The notes beneath the pieces are model-generated. The model was not told the origin of the DNA. It did not search any database and saw nothing but the letters and a program-made list of their open reading frames with translations. 64,000 bases of DNA from Antedon mediterranea. Its lineage: Eukaryota; Animalia; Echinodermata. Both the position numbers and the translations under genes were made by a program. This document shows, one piece after another, positions 25,290 through 36,726 of this stretch (the stretch's first letter is position 1; each line of letters begins with the position of its first letter). The stretch spans positions 2,599,812 through 2,663,811 of the forward strand of contig NC_092675.1 of the NCBI RefSeq assembly GCF_964355755.1, in the 5' to 3' direction.

Positions 25290-26115
25290 AGCTTTGTTTA
25301 TACTTAGACGCAATGCAAGGATGTAAGCCCACTGTAGGTAATTTGACCACTCACAACATGATGGGTCATCTAAACTGCTGTTTCTGATTGATCAACTCAT
25401 TTGCATTATGCCTATATCGTTGCATTGCGTTCAAGAGGGAACCAAGCTTTAGGGTCCATTTATACTAGGGCGATAACTAAAAAAAATATGTATTTTTCCT
25501 AGGATGGAATAACCTACCAACTGAAATTAAATATTCTCCAACAATTGCTTCATTCAAAGATAAAAATTGATCTCATTTTTTTCTTCACAAAACTGTTATT
25601 TTTTTTCTCTATTTATTTTGTATTTAAGACAGGACTACAATGCAAAATAGGTTTTCTTTTACCTGATTATGTAATCCTGTATAAAGGGTCTTTCACACCT
25701 GTTCGAATCGAACATCAATGTTTCGTTTTCACGCGGCTATGCGCCAATCGATATGTGCGTAGCCGCGTGAAAACGAAACATTGGCGTTCGATTGGATTTT
25801 CCGGCGCCGGAACCGTGCCGGAACAGGTGTGAAAGACCCTTAAAGATGTTAAATAAATTAATACCTAAATCACCATTTATGCTTTCATTTTATGATTAAA
25901 AAAAATAATGTTTTTTTTAGAATGGAAATTAATGAAGAACAATAACATGTGTGTCGTCATGATATCATTACTTTAACTTTAAATCATGGCAACTTTTGAA
26001 AGGCAGCCTATAGTTCTAGGATGAAAACTTTTTTGATTTCTTTTGTTTTATGTAGGATGAAGGCATGTTTATCTAGTCATCGTCAATTGTTATCGTCCTA
26101 GTGTAAATTGGCCTT
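25290..26115. mobile_element. Cluster of Harbinger-like MITEs and a LINE tail, partly nested
   Basis: MITE 25290-25449. MITE 25451-26115 (AGGGTCCATTTATACTAGGGCGATAAC / GTTATCGTCCTAGTGTAAATTGGCCT) contains a LINE 3' end also seen at 57600-57795. That tail is itself split by MITE 25685-25840 (AGGGTCTTTCACACCTGTTC / GAACAGGTGTGAAAGACCCT, TAA TSD). Confidence 0.75.
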
Positions 26116-26692
26116 TACAGATAGTTAAATTGACCTTAAATTGACCTTTAAATTGATCTTTAAATTGACCTTAAATTGATCTTTACAGATAGTTTACCCA
26201 TTTTGTTATCAATATTAGTCAAATAAAAATTATATTAAGTGGAAATTAAGATAGTTCTTAAAATTACATTTTATTTAATGAGAATTCATTTTCCTGACTA
26301 ACATTACACATTGTTTTTATGTTAATAAAAAATGCTAATTTACATAGTGTATGCTGGTATATATTTTAGCATAGTCAAAATGATTAAATGCTTCTGATGT
26401 CATGCTCAAATTGTGTGAATATGAATAATAATTCTGATCACACTTTGCGCCTCATACCAAAGAAGGACTGATTAATATAAAATATAAATAATAATATGGA
26501 CATTTATTTCCTCAAAAAAAAAGAGTATATTAACACAAACTATATACATGAGAAGGGCAGACAAACTGAGGAACAAATTATTCTGGTTATACTTTGCGCC
26601 TCATACCAAAAAACAATCCCGAAATGTCTGTGATGTCACAATGTGACGCGTTAAACTGTTAGTAATTTGAAAAATTTTATTAATCCCAAATC

Positions 26693-27163
26693 ATGACTTT
26701 ATGCGCTCCTTTTCGACCGGATTCATCTGAATTACTGAATCTAAATGTTGGTGGACATTTCTACACGACAACTCGTTCAACATTAACTCGTTATCCAGGT
26801 AGTATGTTGGGCAAAATGTTCAGTTATCCAGATAGTAGGCCTAGCATGTTCGGGGGGAAGTATGGCAGCCAACAACCAGCACGCCGAGACGATAATAATC
26901 GATACTATATCGATGGAGATGGCCCAACATTCAGACACATTTTGAATTATCTGCGTCGATCAAAACTCATCCTTCCCGATGATTTTAAAGAGTGGAATAT
27001 CCTGATTGCTGAGGCAGATTTCTACCAACTTACAGATTTAAGAACACTTATTATTACCCAAAGAAATAGACAAAAAGTAGTAGATGTGTCTAATTATATA
27101 GCAAGACATGATGGTTTCAACGAATGGAAGCTGGGGCGGTATCAAATCGTGCCTAGCTTTTAA
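26693..27163 (+). CDS. KCTD-type T1-BTB protein copy 1; BTB intact, C-terminal domain decayed (truncated gene or young pseudogene)
   Basis: LNVGGHFYTTTRSTLTRYP-SML...IDGDGPTFRHILNYLR...EADFYQL. An out-of-frame remnant of the paralogs' C-terminal domain lies at ~27310-27410 (GAAATAAAT...GTATCTACTAGTAG). Confidence 0.8.
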   Translation: MTLCAPFRPDSSELLNLNVGGHFYTTTRSTLTRYPGSMLGKMFSYPDSRPSMFGGKYGSQQPARRDDNNRYYIDGDGPTFRHILNYLRRSKLILPDDFKEWNILIAEADFYQLTDLRTLIITQRNRQKVVDVSNYIARHDGFNEWKLGRYQIVPSF

Positions 27164-29897
27164 TATTAGAGAGAATTAAATACTCGACAATAATGTACTC
27201 TAGTCTTGATGAATTAGATCAACATCAATGGAGGCCTACTGACAAATCTGTGCTTTTCAGAATTCAAAAGTCGTTCTAATTAATTTTCTTTGTAAATAAT
27301 GAATAGCCCTACTATTTCAAGAAATAAATGGAATCTGTTTTCATTAATCAACGCTGTATCTACTAGTAGATATATTAATTGATGAGATTGTACCCATGGA
27401 CAAATGAACATTATATAATCAAGTACCTTTTCAAATTACAGGGGCAGTGACGTAATAGATGTTAATAATAAATATAATTTATTCATAGAAGTACTGATGA
27501 AAGATATCAATCTGTGGCGACAATAGAATGAACTCAAGACCTGGCTATCTTCGTCTTTTGAATAATAGAAAGTTTTGAAAATTTGTTAGGCTAGAAATGT
27601 ACGTTGTAAGATGTGTATATGTTTATTGAAAAATGGTTTTAGTTTTCTAAATTACTTTGTAATACTATAGATAGATGTTAAATATAATTTTAAACATATT
27701 TTGAGAGAAAAAAGGAGATAAAAACAATCGGGTGTTTTTTTTGTGGCAGACCATTTTTACCACCAGTTGAATTTATTGGATACAACATTTATGCCATAAT
27801 GTGTTACGTCATAATGTAATACTACTTGCCGCCATATTTAAGATATCAATATAATTAATAGGCCTAGTAGGCCTACATGCAGTTGCGTGCAGTTTCATTC
27901 TTGTGGTTGACCATCATCGCTAGCATGTTTCAAACTTAAAATAATTGAATATTTAATTGCATGAATGTTTACAATTAAAATACATATTGTTTCCTATCGA
28001 ATGAATGATTTAGAATAAATCCCTCTAATGCATTATTTGGCGTATTTGTGATTCGTTTAATGTGTGGGTTATGTGGATGACTGCTTTATTATAAATAATA
28101 AAAATGATGGCCATACTACATCTGATCTGCACCATTCGTCCTGATATTGATTATTACTTTATTTAGCACCGCCATCAACACGAGTTATTATATTCTTGAG
28201 ACTGGATTGTTGTCTTATTCATGGAGATACTGTATAGTACTGTTATAATCAAGCGTGTATCGCCACACCCAATTAAGTATGGAGCGCCATACAACTAAAC
28301 CGTACATTTCGTATAATTAATGTTCTAACGCCAATTCCATTGAATGATCGAGAAAGTCCATTTTATCTTAATCAAGCTGCTATTTTTTTAAACATAAGCA
28401 AGGGATCTAAGATTAAATTCGCAATGTCGTGTTAGGTTATAGAGTGCATCACTGACATGTATTATACGTATGAAACTCCATATGTGCCAAAATAGACGGA
28501 CTTGCAACGGACAAAAAGTCATTGCGTTAAACTCGATAGCGATAAACTGTTTGAAGAAATGGAATGGGTTTCACAATTATCAACACAGTGTCTACTACTA
28601 TCTAAAGATTGGATCTATGCAGACAGGTTGACTTTTATGAAATTTTAAATATCAGTTGACTTTCAGTAAGAAGGCCTATTACTTTGTTTAATGCCGGCCA
28701 ACTTATAGGCCAGTTGCGTATATATTTCAATAGTTCAGTAATATTTACATTTATTATATCATTTAAATGCTCACGTTTAAAGTAAATGTACTCCCTTAAT
28801 AAAAAATATCTAATTGCATTGTATTGTATGTGTGACGTATTGAAATGTGTGTCTGGGTTTACGTGGAGGCCCTCTGTTTTTATTTGTTGTAAATGTACTT
28901 TGACTATCATCATCATCATCTTTTTATATGAGACAGAACCTCGTGTGATAGTCGCACATGAGTTGGTCACATCTATGCAGCTGAAACACATGTTCACGTT
29001 ATACCTTGTCTGTAGATATGAACCTACTGACAGATATATCGTGTATTAAAGTATTTATTACATGAGCTATACTCGATTCTAGATGACTTGCAATAGTCAG
29101 TTAGACTCTATCTACAGCTGCAGAAACGGGTAATAGCTGTATTTCTTTCTTAGATGTTGTGTGGATGACGCTTAATAGTATTCCACATTTTCCTCTTTTT
29201 CTAAATGAAGACCTAATATTATAGATTTCTAATTTAAATAAGAGATACAATTCTTGAATCCCCCAGTGATGTTGAATCCACAGCCTCTTAGGAGGTGTGT
29301 TTACCTGCAGTATGTTTACCATGTTTAAGAAAAAATAAGCATGTCATGGTTATAGGCCTATGTGAAAGTTATTTTAAATTGTAGAAATATGGTTTTCTCA
29401 TTACTAGGCCATATTAAAGGAACTATTAAGTGTTTAGATACGATGTACATATCCTTAATGAAAGAGTGCTATTGTATTATTTCAATTATTGCTTTCCTTC
29501 TTTCCTGTATTTTATTGTAGCCTATGATAGTGATTTGACAGAATGATGTTCAATTACCTTACACAATGAGAAATGAAAAAAGTTATAGTAAATTATGATA
29601 GGCCTAGGCTACCTGGATCACAGGAAATTAGGGGTTAGGTCTAGGGCAAAATTAAAGTGTTTGCGTAGGAACATTAGGCCTAAAGGGAACGTGAAAAAGA
29701 AATTCTTTCAAGGCTTGGTTAATTTCCCACTGGGACAAAGCAAGTACGTCGACGCTTGACCAATCATATGTGATGGATTATTCGAATGGCTTAATGTTGA
29801 TCAACTCGCTTACGTTACGCTTAGCCCTTTCGTTGCGTCTAGTAGAACTTAGCATAAGTCAAAAAGGCAATATTAATAAATGAAAAAACATTTTGAG

Positions 29898-30058
29898 TAT
29901 GTTAAGAAATGAATATGCTAAAATATGATTAGTCATAATATGTTAAGAAATGAATGTTTAAAAATGAATACGTTAAGAAAGGAATGTGTTAAGATATGAA
30001 TACGCCGAGATATGAATAAACGTTAAGAAATGAATACGTTAAGAAATGAGTGTGTCAA
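29898..30058. repeat. Degenerate ~16-17-bp tandem repeat
   Basis: Recurring GTTAAGAAATGAATAC variants. Confidence 0.7.
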
Positions 30059-30471
30059 GAGTGGTGGGAGTTCAATTTCAAGTTCATATAATTTATTCTC
30101 ACTGCAATGAGTGTATATACGAGCGATCATTTGACAATACTTTGTATGTACTGTACTGTGTACATGTATGTTTGTACTTTATATGTACGAATTTTTAACA
30201 TTGACAAAAGATATATGCACTGTATGCCTATACATTATCAAGATTTTAAAAAAAGGGAGGATGGGGTGCTAAAAAAAAGTAGTAGCTTATTTTTGTCATT
30301 GTGAAAACGTTGGAATTTTCCGAATATAAATAGCAGTCTCTGATAGATTCCGGTTACCCTTTGCGTCTGCAGCGTCCTATATGTACCAATGAATTCGGTA
30401 AACAAGTACAGTATTGGCTTAGACAGCAGTTTCAGCATTTCAGTACATCATTGTTAATCTTAATCTTAATC

Positions 30472-30960
30472 ATGGCTTCACCACTTGCTGTAGGTGCTTT
30501 AACGTCTACCGTTGACGAACCGATGAATCTGGATGTTGGTGGAAGTTTCTACACGACACTTCGTTCAACTTTAATTCGCTATCCAAACAGTAAGCTGGCT
30601 TTAATGTTTAGCAAAGACGATGGTTTACCACCAGTCCGCGACGGTCGATATTTTATCGATAGAGACGGCCCAATATTCCAATACATTTTGAATTTTCTGA
30701 TTGATCAATCAAAACTCTCCCTTCCAGATGGTTTTAAACAATGGGATATCCTGATGGCTGAAGCGGATTTCTACCAACTTGCACAGTTAAAAACACTTAT
30801 AGCTGAAGAAAGAACAAAACGAGAAAGAGAAAAACCAATTGGAAAAAACTACAAACAAAGCGTCGACAATGACGGGAATGCGATAAACATAAATGGAAAT
30901 GTTTCGGGTGAAATGACATTCACAGGAAACAGCTTAGCAAAGCAGAATTGCGGAGATTAG
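30472..30960 (+). CDS. KCTD-type T1-BTB protein copy 2 with an unrelated N/G-rich C-terminal tail
   Basis: ATG in ATCATGG context at 30472; LDVGGSFYTTLRSTLIRYP...FIDRDGPIFQYILNFL...EADFYQL. A TATAAAT box lies at 30325. Confidence 0.85.
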   Translation: MASPLAVGALTSTVDEPMNLDVGGSFYTTLRSTLIRYPNSKLALMFSKDDGLPPVRDGRYFIDRDGPIFQYILNFLIDQSKLSLPDGFKQWDILMAEADFYQLAQLKTLIAEERTKREREKPIGKNYKQSVDNDGNAININGNVSGEMTFTGNSLAKQNCGD

Positions 30961-32096
30961 CAACTGGTTTTGATAACGAGAAACTGCTAACAAGTCATAA
31001 TGAAATATGTTTATATTAATTAAGATACTGTAGTAATATATAGCGAACTGATGAAACCACAATATGTCAAGGGAGAAACTGGCGATCTGAAATTCTGAAA
31101 ACGGAATTCTGTAACGGGGACTGTATATAGTAGTGGTCGAAACTATAGGCATCTTTTCCATATATTGATGATGATAATTTCAAGTTAAAGCAAGATATCT
31201 AGATGAACTTTTTAAATCAACTTGATTGTAACCTATGTTAACTATAGTACAATTCTGGAATTAAGTGTCTACTTGCAGTCTATTTGGAAAAGAGTGTATA
31301 GTGGGAGAACTTTTTAGTCAGGGGACAAGACACTGCAGATGGTTCTTTTCTCTGTATATCAGTGCCGATATAGAACCGTACGATATACCACCGGTAGCTA
31401 GAGTTAGAACTTAAACAGATTTAAAAGAATGGAGAAAGCTATCTACATCGCGTAAAACTCATCTGATCCATAACTGTTAGCGTTATATGTTTATTTTAGT
31501 CATGTTATGTATACTGAAGGCCTATGATTGTTGGCAATGCCCACTTGAGTATGGGGCTTGTAAGATTATAAGTTACGTGGCATATCCATGAATTACTAAA
31601 AGAATATTACTCGAGTATATACTACTGTATAATTGTATGTTATTGTACCGCTAGTGAACAATTATATAGTTACGGTCCTGCAGTAATTGCAGTTGAATAA
31701 GTTTGACATGATCCTTTGCCTACATTTACCAGTTTATAATTTTAGTATAAAATATAGAATCTCAGCAGACTGAAATTATGAATAAAAGCAAATCAGAATC
31801 TTTACAATAGTATCATTAAAAGAATGCAAAAAAAAAAAAATTATGAATCAGATATTTTAGTTGATATTTTTTGTATCTTGTTTAAAAAAATATGTTTATA
31901 CCAAATTTTATCAAGCATGTCATGGTCATATAGATGTTAGGTCAAATTACAGATAGGCCTATAGGCCTAAATGTGGTTTTGTCATTAAGACCTGGGAAAA
32001 TATTAAGGAACTATTAAGTTTTTTTATAGGGTCCTGAATGAATGTCGTTTGGAACATTGTGGTAGAAACCGAATTAATATAACTTTTACGAAAATA

Positions 32097-32200
32097 ATGC
32101 ATATACAAACTCTATATAGAGTATGCAAGTACCTATAATAGGCCTACTATGCATATACAAACTCTATATAGAGTATGCAAGTACCTATAATAGGCCTACT
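32097..32200. repeat. Tandem duplication of ~52 bp
   Basis: ATGCATATACAAACTCTATATAGAGTATGCAAGTACCTATAATAGGCCTACT occurs twice. Confidence 0.85.
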
Positions 32201-32626
32201 TAATAAATAACTTAAAGGCTTATTTGTGGTGATATTTTCTCTCTATAGTATGTTCACCGCACAAAATTATTGAATGTAAAATTATCTTGGAAATAAACGA
32301 TAATTTGGTACGCTATCCAGAAAACACATGCTACCGCAGACCTTCGTCGACCATATTCTCACTCCAATATTTTAGCGTATGAACTGTTTATGAAGAGAGT
32401 TAATGTGAATATAGTAGCTTATTTTTGTCACTGTAAATAACGTTGGAACATAAAAGGCCTAATCGGTATAATCCGGTTACCAAAGACGGGACCAAAGTCC
32501 AAAGAACCCGGAATTGATTGCGAGTAGGCTACAGTCAAAACTATATAGTTTTCAAAACCTGTGACTAACTCAAGCACAAGAGCGTTCAGTAGTTTACGTT
32601 CAATCATTTTGATTTATCTCATAATC

Positions 32627-33631
32627 ATGGAGTCACCATCGATTTTATCGTCTGCCACTAACGAACTATTGAATCTAAATGTTGGTGGACATTTCTACAC
32701 GACAACTCGTTCAACTTTAACTCGTTATCCAAATAGTATGCTAGGCTTAATGTTTAGCAGCGACAGTAGCTTACCGCCAGCACGCCGAGACGATAACAAT
32801 CGATATTATATTGATGGAGACGGCCCAACATTTCGACACATTTTGAATTTCTTGCGTCGATCAAAACTCATCCTTCCCCATGAATTTAACGATTGGGATA
32901 TGCTGACGGCTGAGGCAGATTTCTACCAAATTCCAGAGTTGATTCAACTTATTGTTGAAAGAAGTAAACAAGTTGAGGTTCATTCTTCTGCCACTGACGA
33001 GTTATTGAATTTAAATATTGGTGGACATTTCTACACGACTACTCGTGCAACATTAACTCGTTATCCAAAAAGTAAGCTAGGCCTCATGTTTGGTGGGCAC
33101 TTACCAACAGCACGCCAAGACGATAGTAATCGATATTATATCGATCGAGACGGTCCGACATTCCGATACATTCTAAATTTCATGCGTCAATCAAAACTCG
33201 TCTTTCCACATGGTTTTAAAGATTGGGATATTCTGATTGCTGAGGCAGATTTCTATCAAATTCCGGATTTGGTTAAATTTGTTAGCGAAATAAGAAAGGC
33301 TAATAATAAATCGCTGTTGGAAGTTCAATTAGTTTACACAGCAGCATCTGTTGAGGCAAAGAAAGTTAACTATTGTTGGAAAGTTTATGGCCAACCTAAA
33401 TTCCTTGATCAATTGCCATCTACAGTAGATTTCAACGGACGTAAGGACTTGAGGATCCTGAAGAAAGAAGATATAGAATGCTCAGATTTTAATAGATCGC
33501 AATTGTTTGACGAGATAAGTAAAATCGGTTTTACATTAACTAATACAGTATCTACAAGCAGTAGCAATGTGAATCTTGGTGGATACTTTGACGGCAAAGA
33601 TAGGTGGATATTTATGAAAGACGACATGTAA
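32627..33631 (+). CDS. KCTD-like protein copy 3: two tandem T1-BTB domains plus KCTD C-terminal domain
   Basis: Two LN[VI]GGHFYTTTR...EADFYQIP units, then LLEVQ...LFDEISKIGFTL...DRWIFMK. ATG at 32627. Confidence 0.9.
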   Translation: MESPSILSSATNELLNLNVGGHFYTTTRSTLTRYPNSMLGLMFSSDSSLPPARRDDNNRYYIDGDGPTFRHILNFLRRSKLILPHEFNDWDMLTAEADFYQIPELIQLIVERSKQVEVHSSATDELLNLNIGGHFYTTTRATLTRYPKSKLGLMFGGHLPTARQDDSNRYYIDRDGPTFRYILNFMRQSKLVFPHGFKDWDILIAEADFYQIPDLVKFVSEIRKANNKSLLEVQLVYTAASVEAKKVNYCWKVYGQPKFLDQLPSTVDFNGRKDLRILKKEDIECSDFNRSQLFDEISKIGFTLTNTVSTSSSNVNLGGYFDGKDRWIFMKDDM

Positions 33632-34721
33632 CAAGAAAGTTTTAAGTTTCTTTCTCAAAACAATTATAATTACCATAATGCATAAAAAACATTTGTTATG
33701 ATATTATGTTAAAATATGCATAAAATAAATAAGACAGTGAAAATACGATGCCTAATTTCACAAAATCTTTAGAAATTAAAATGCATTCGTTGTGACAAAA
33801 ATAGGAAATAATGAACTAAACATCATAACAATGTTTTGTTTCCTTTTTTTTTTTAGAAATAAGTTAACAATGTAACCCTGATCGCAGTAGACACATGCTC
33901 CTCAGTAGGCCGGCCTACTTTAATGTTAAGCTCTGTCTACACTATTAAACTAGTTTGACAAAAAAAGTGTGATGTGCCCAAATACGGTAATGATATATTT
34001 AAATATGGTAGTGATATGAAATCATCATGTCCATATGTGGGCACATCATATTGTTTGATTGTGTCTAATGGCCACAATGGAAATAAGTTTGACCTTTGGT
34101 TACTGTTTTGTGTTACCCTGAATTCCTTCTTTGTATTTTATATGTTGTGTTATTTTGTGAATTCGAATAAAGAAAGAAAAGAAAAGAAAGCTTTATTTTA
34201 TGCATTTAATATTTGTCTCATTTCATTCCTATTTTAGTTTGTGTTTATTGTTTCTGTTTATATTGTCTTTAAATACTGTAGGCCCACTAATATTGAATAA
34301 TATTATCTTTTACTTTTAAAATTACTAAATAATATATCATTGTTTAAATCATGTCTAATTGCAATGCGTGTATGGTGGGTGTTTGTATAATATGTTAAAA
34401 TAAATTTAATGAAAATCAAAGTTTAGCCTATATAAAATTGATATAATTATTTGGCCCACCACTCTACACTATAAAAATGTTTGGGTACGAGTTGGTGGGT
34501 ACGAGTTGGCATGGGTACGGGTTGGCCTGTATTCCAATTTAGGCCTAACCCTGGTTACAGACAAGGGCGTATCTCCATACTTCGGTTTGGATTCAGTTTT
34601 TTCTTAGTTTCTACTGTATGATCAGCGCTTATAGCGAGGTTTCACAACATACAACGCTTTTTAAATCCAGGATATTATAATATTGATAATATTCTGCGTA
34701 TTTACCAGATATATACTACGA

Positions 34722-34863
34722 CACAATTGATTGACGAGATATGTAAAATCGGTTTTACATTAATTAATACAGTATCTCTACAAGCAGTAGTATTGCAAAT
34801 CTTGGTGGATACTTTGACGGCATGCATCAAAGATAGGTGGATATTTATGAAAGACGACATGTA
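34722..34863 (+). pseudogene. Duplicated 3' end of KCTD copy 3, with its downstream flank extending to ~35520
   Basis: Near copy of 33500-33631 with indels (GGCATGCATCAAAGAT). The flank, including a MITE, matches 33632-34445. Confidence 0.85.
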
Positions 34864-36054
34864 ACAAGACAGTACTGTACTTTGTACTTTTATTATAAAA
34901 TATAAACTATTAATATAATGCATTCGTTGTGAAAAAAATATGAAATAATGAAATAAATATCATAATAATAACAATGTTTTTGTTTCCTTCTTTTTTTTAG
35001 AAATAAGATAACAATGTAACCTTCCTGATCTTATTAGACACATGCTCCTCATCAGGACCGGCCTACTTTTAATGTTAAGCTCTGTCTACACTATCAAACT
35101 AGTTTGACAAAAGGTGTGATCATCGTGCCCAAATACGGTAGTGATATACCCAAATATGGTAGTGATATGACATCATCATTTCCATATATGGGCACATCAC
35201 ATTTTTGATAATAAAGTTTGATGTGTAGACAGTTTAGGCTTTATTTTATGCAATTAATAATTGTCGTTGCTCATTTTCATTCCAAATATTCATAGGGTAT
35301 GTGTTTTGCCGTTTATGTTGTCTTTAAATACTGTAGGCCTACTACTAATATTGAACCATCTTTTACTTGAAATTACTAAAATAAATATACCATTGTTTAA
35401 AACATATTTTTTGCGTATGTCTATTGCAATGCGTGTGTGGTTGGCGTTTGGGGAATATGTTAAAATAACGATATTTAATAAATTTACTGAAAATCAAAGT
35501 TTATATAAAATTGATATATTCATTCTACACCACCACATTAAAGATTACTATTTACAAATATCTTATTTTAATTTTTTTATAAAATATTATTCATGGAGGA
35601 GGGATAGTCATGAAAAATTCACATTAGATAATAATTTTAGCCATTCATCAGAGCAGGAGAAATAAGTTGAGACTCTATATGGTCGGAGGAAGTAGATAGA
35701 TATTCATAGAGGAAGTAGATGGATATTCATGGAGGAAGTGTAACCCGTTTCCTCTATAATATTTCCGCGTGATCTTAAACAAAGGAATCTGGGAAAAACC
35801 ATAATGTGACGAATATATATAATATGTAGTATTGTTAGTTTGTGCTCTAACGGCAAGTATCCAGTATCATCCAGTACAACCACAAGGTATAAGGTAGATA
35901 ATTTATTTATGGTTTTTGTTGTTGATAATGGATTATTGATTCAACTGGAATTTTATCTAATGTAATTATTGCCGTGTTATTGTATTGTAATGCAAGACGA
36001 GCATCATGATTTCCACTTTATCATAATCATAATCCTAATCATGTTTTCGTAGCC

Positions 36055-36726
36055 ATGGCTTCATCTTCTGCAACCGAATTGTTGAATCTAAATGTTGGTG
36101 GACATTTCTACACGACAACTCGTTCAACTTTAACTCGTTATCCAAAAAGTATGTTGGGCTTGATGTTTAGCAGCGGCAGTAGCTTACCGCCAGCACGCCG
36201 AGACGATAATAATCGATACTATATCGACGGAGATGGCCCAACATTTCGACACATTTTGAATTTTCTGCGTCGATCAAAACTTATCATTCCTCATGGCTTC
36301 AAAGATTGGAATATCCTGGCTGCAGAAGCAGATTTCTACCAAATTCCAGACTTAATTAGATGTATTAGCGAAAGAAGAAAAGGTACAAACCAATCCTTAT
36401 TGGAAGTTCAATATGTTTACACAGCTGGAACTAGCATTGAAAAAAGAAAAACAAATTTTATGTGGAGAGTCTATGGCGAATCTAAAATCCTTGACAAATT
36501 GTCATCTATAGTAAAATTTGATGACGGTTATGGTGATGACATGAGAATAATGCGTAAAGAAGATATGGTATGCTCAGATTTTACTAGGACACAATTGTTT
36601 GGGGAAATAAATAAAATCGGTTTTACTTTCATTAGCACAGTATCTACAAGCAGTAGTAATGCTCATTTTCCTGGAAACTTCGACGGCAAAGATAGGTGGA
36701 TATTTATGAAAGACGACAGTAACTAA
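36055..36726 (+). CDS. KCTD-like protein copy 4: single T1-BTB plus C-terminal domain
   Basis: Intact 223-aa ORF with GCCATGG start, the same BTB motifs and the terminal GKDRWIFMKDDSN. Confidence 0.9.
   Translation: MASSSATELLNLNVGGHFYTTTRSTLTRYPKSMLGLMFSSGSSLPPARRDDNNRYYIDGDGPTFRHILNFLRRSKLIIPHGFKDWNILAAEADFYQIPDLIRCISERRKGTNQSLLEVQYVYTAGTSIEKRKTNFMWRVYGESKILDKLSSIVKFDDGYGDDMRIMRKEDMVCSDFTRTQLFGEINKIGFTFISTVSTSSSNAHFPGNFDGKDRWIFMKDDSN

Noticed and set aside
30361-30471. N-terminal extensions of KCTD ORFs (also 32561-32626 and 40064-40111) that look like signal peptides
   Set aside because: They start at non-ATG or poorly placed codons and are not conserved among paralogs; the homologous ATGs lie downstream.
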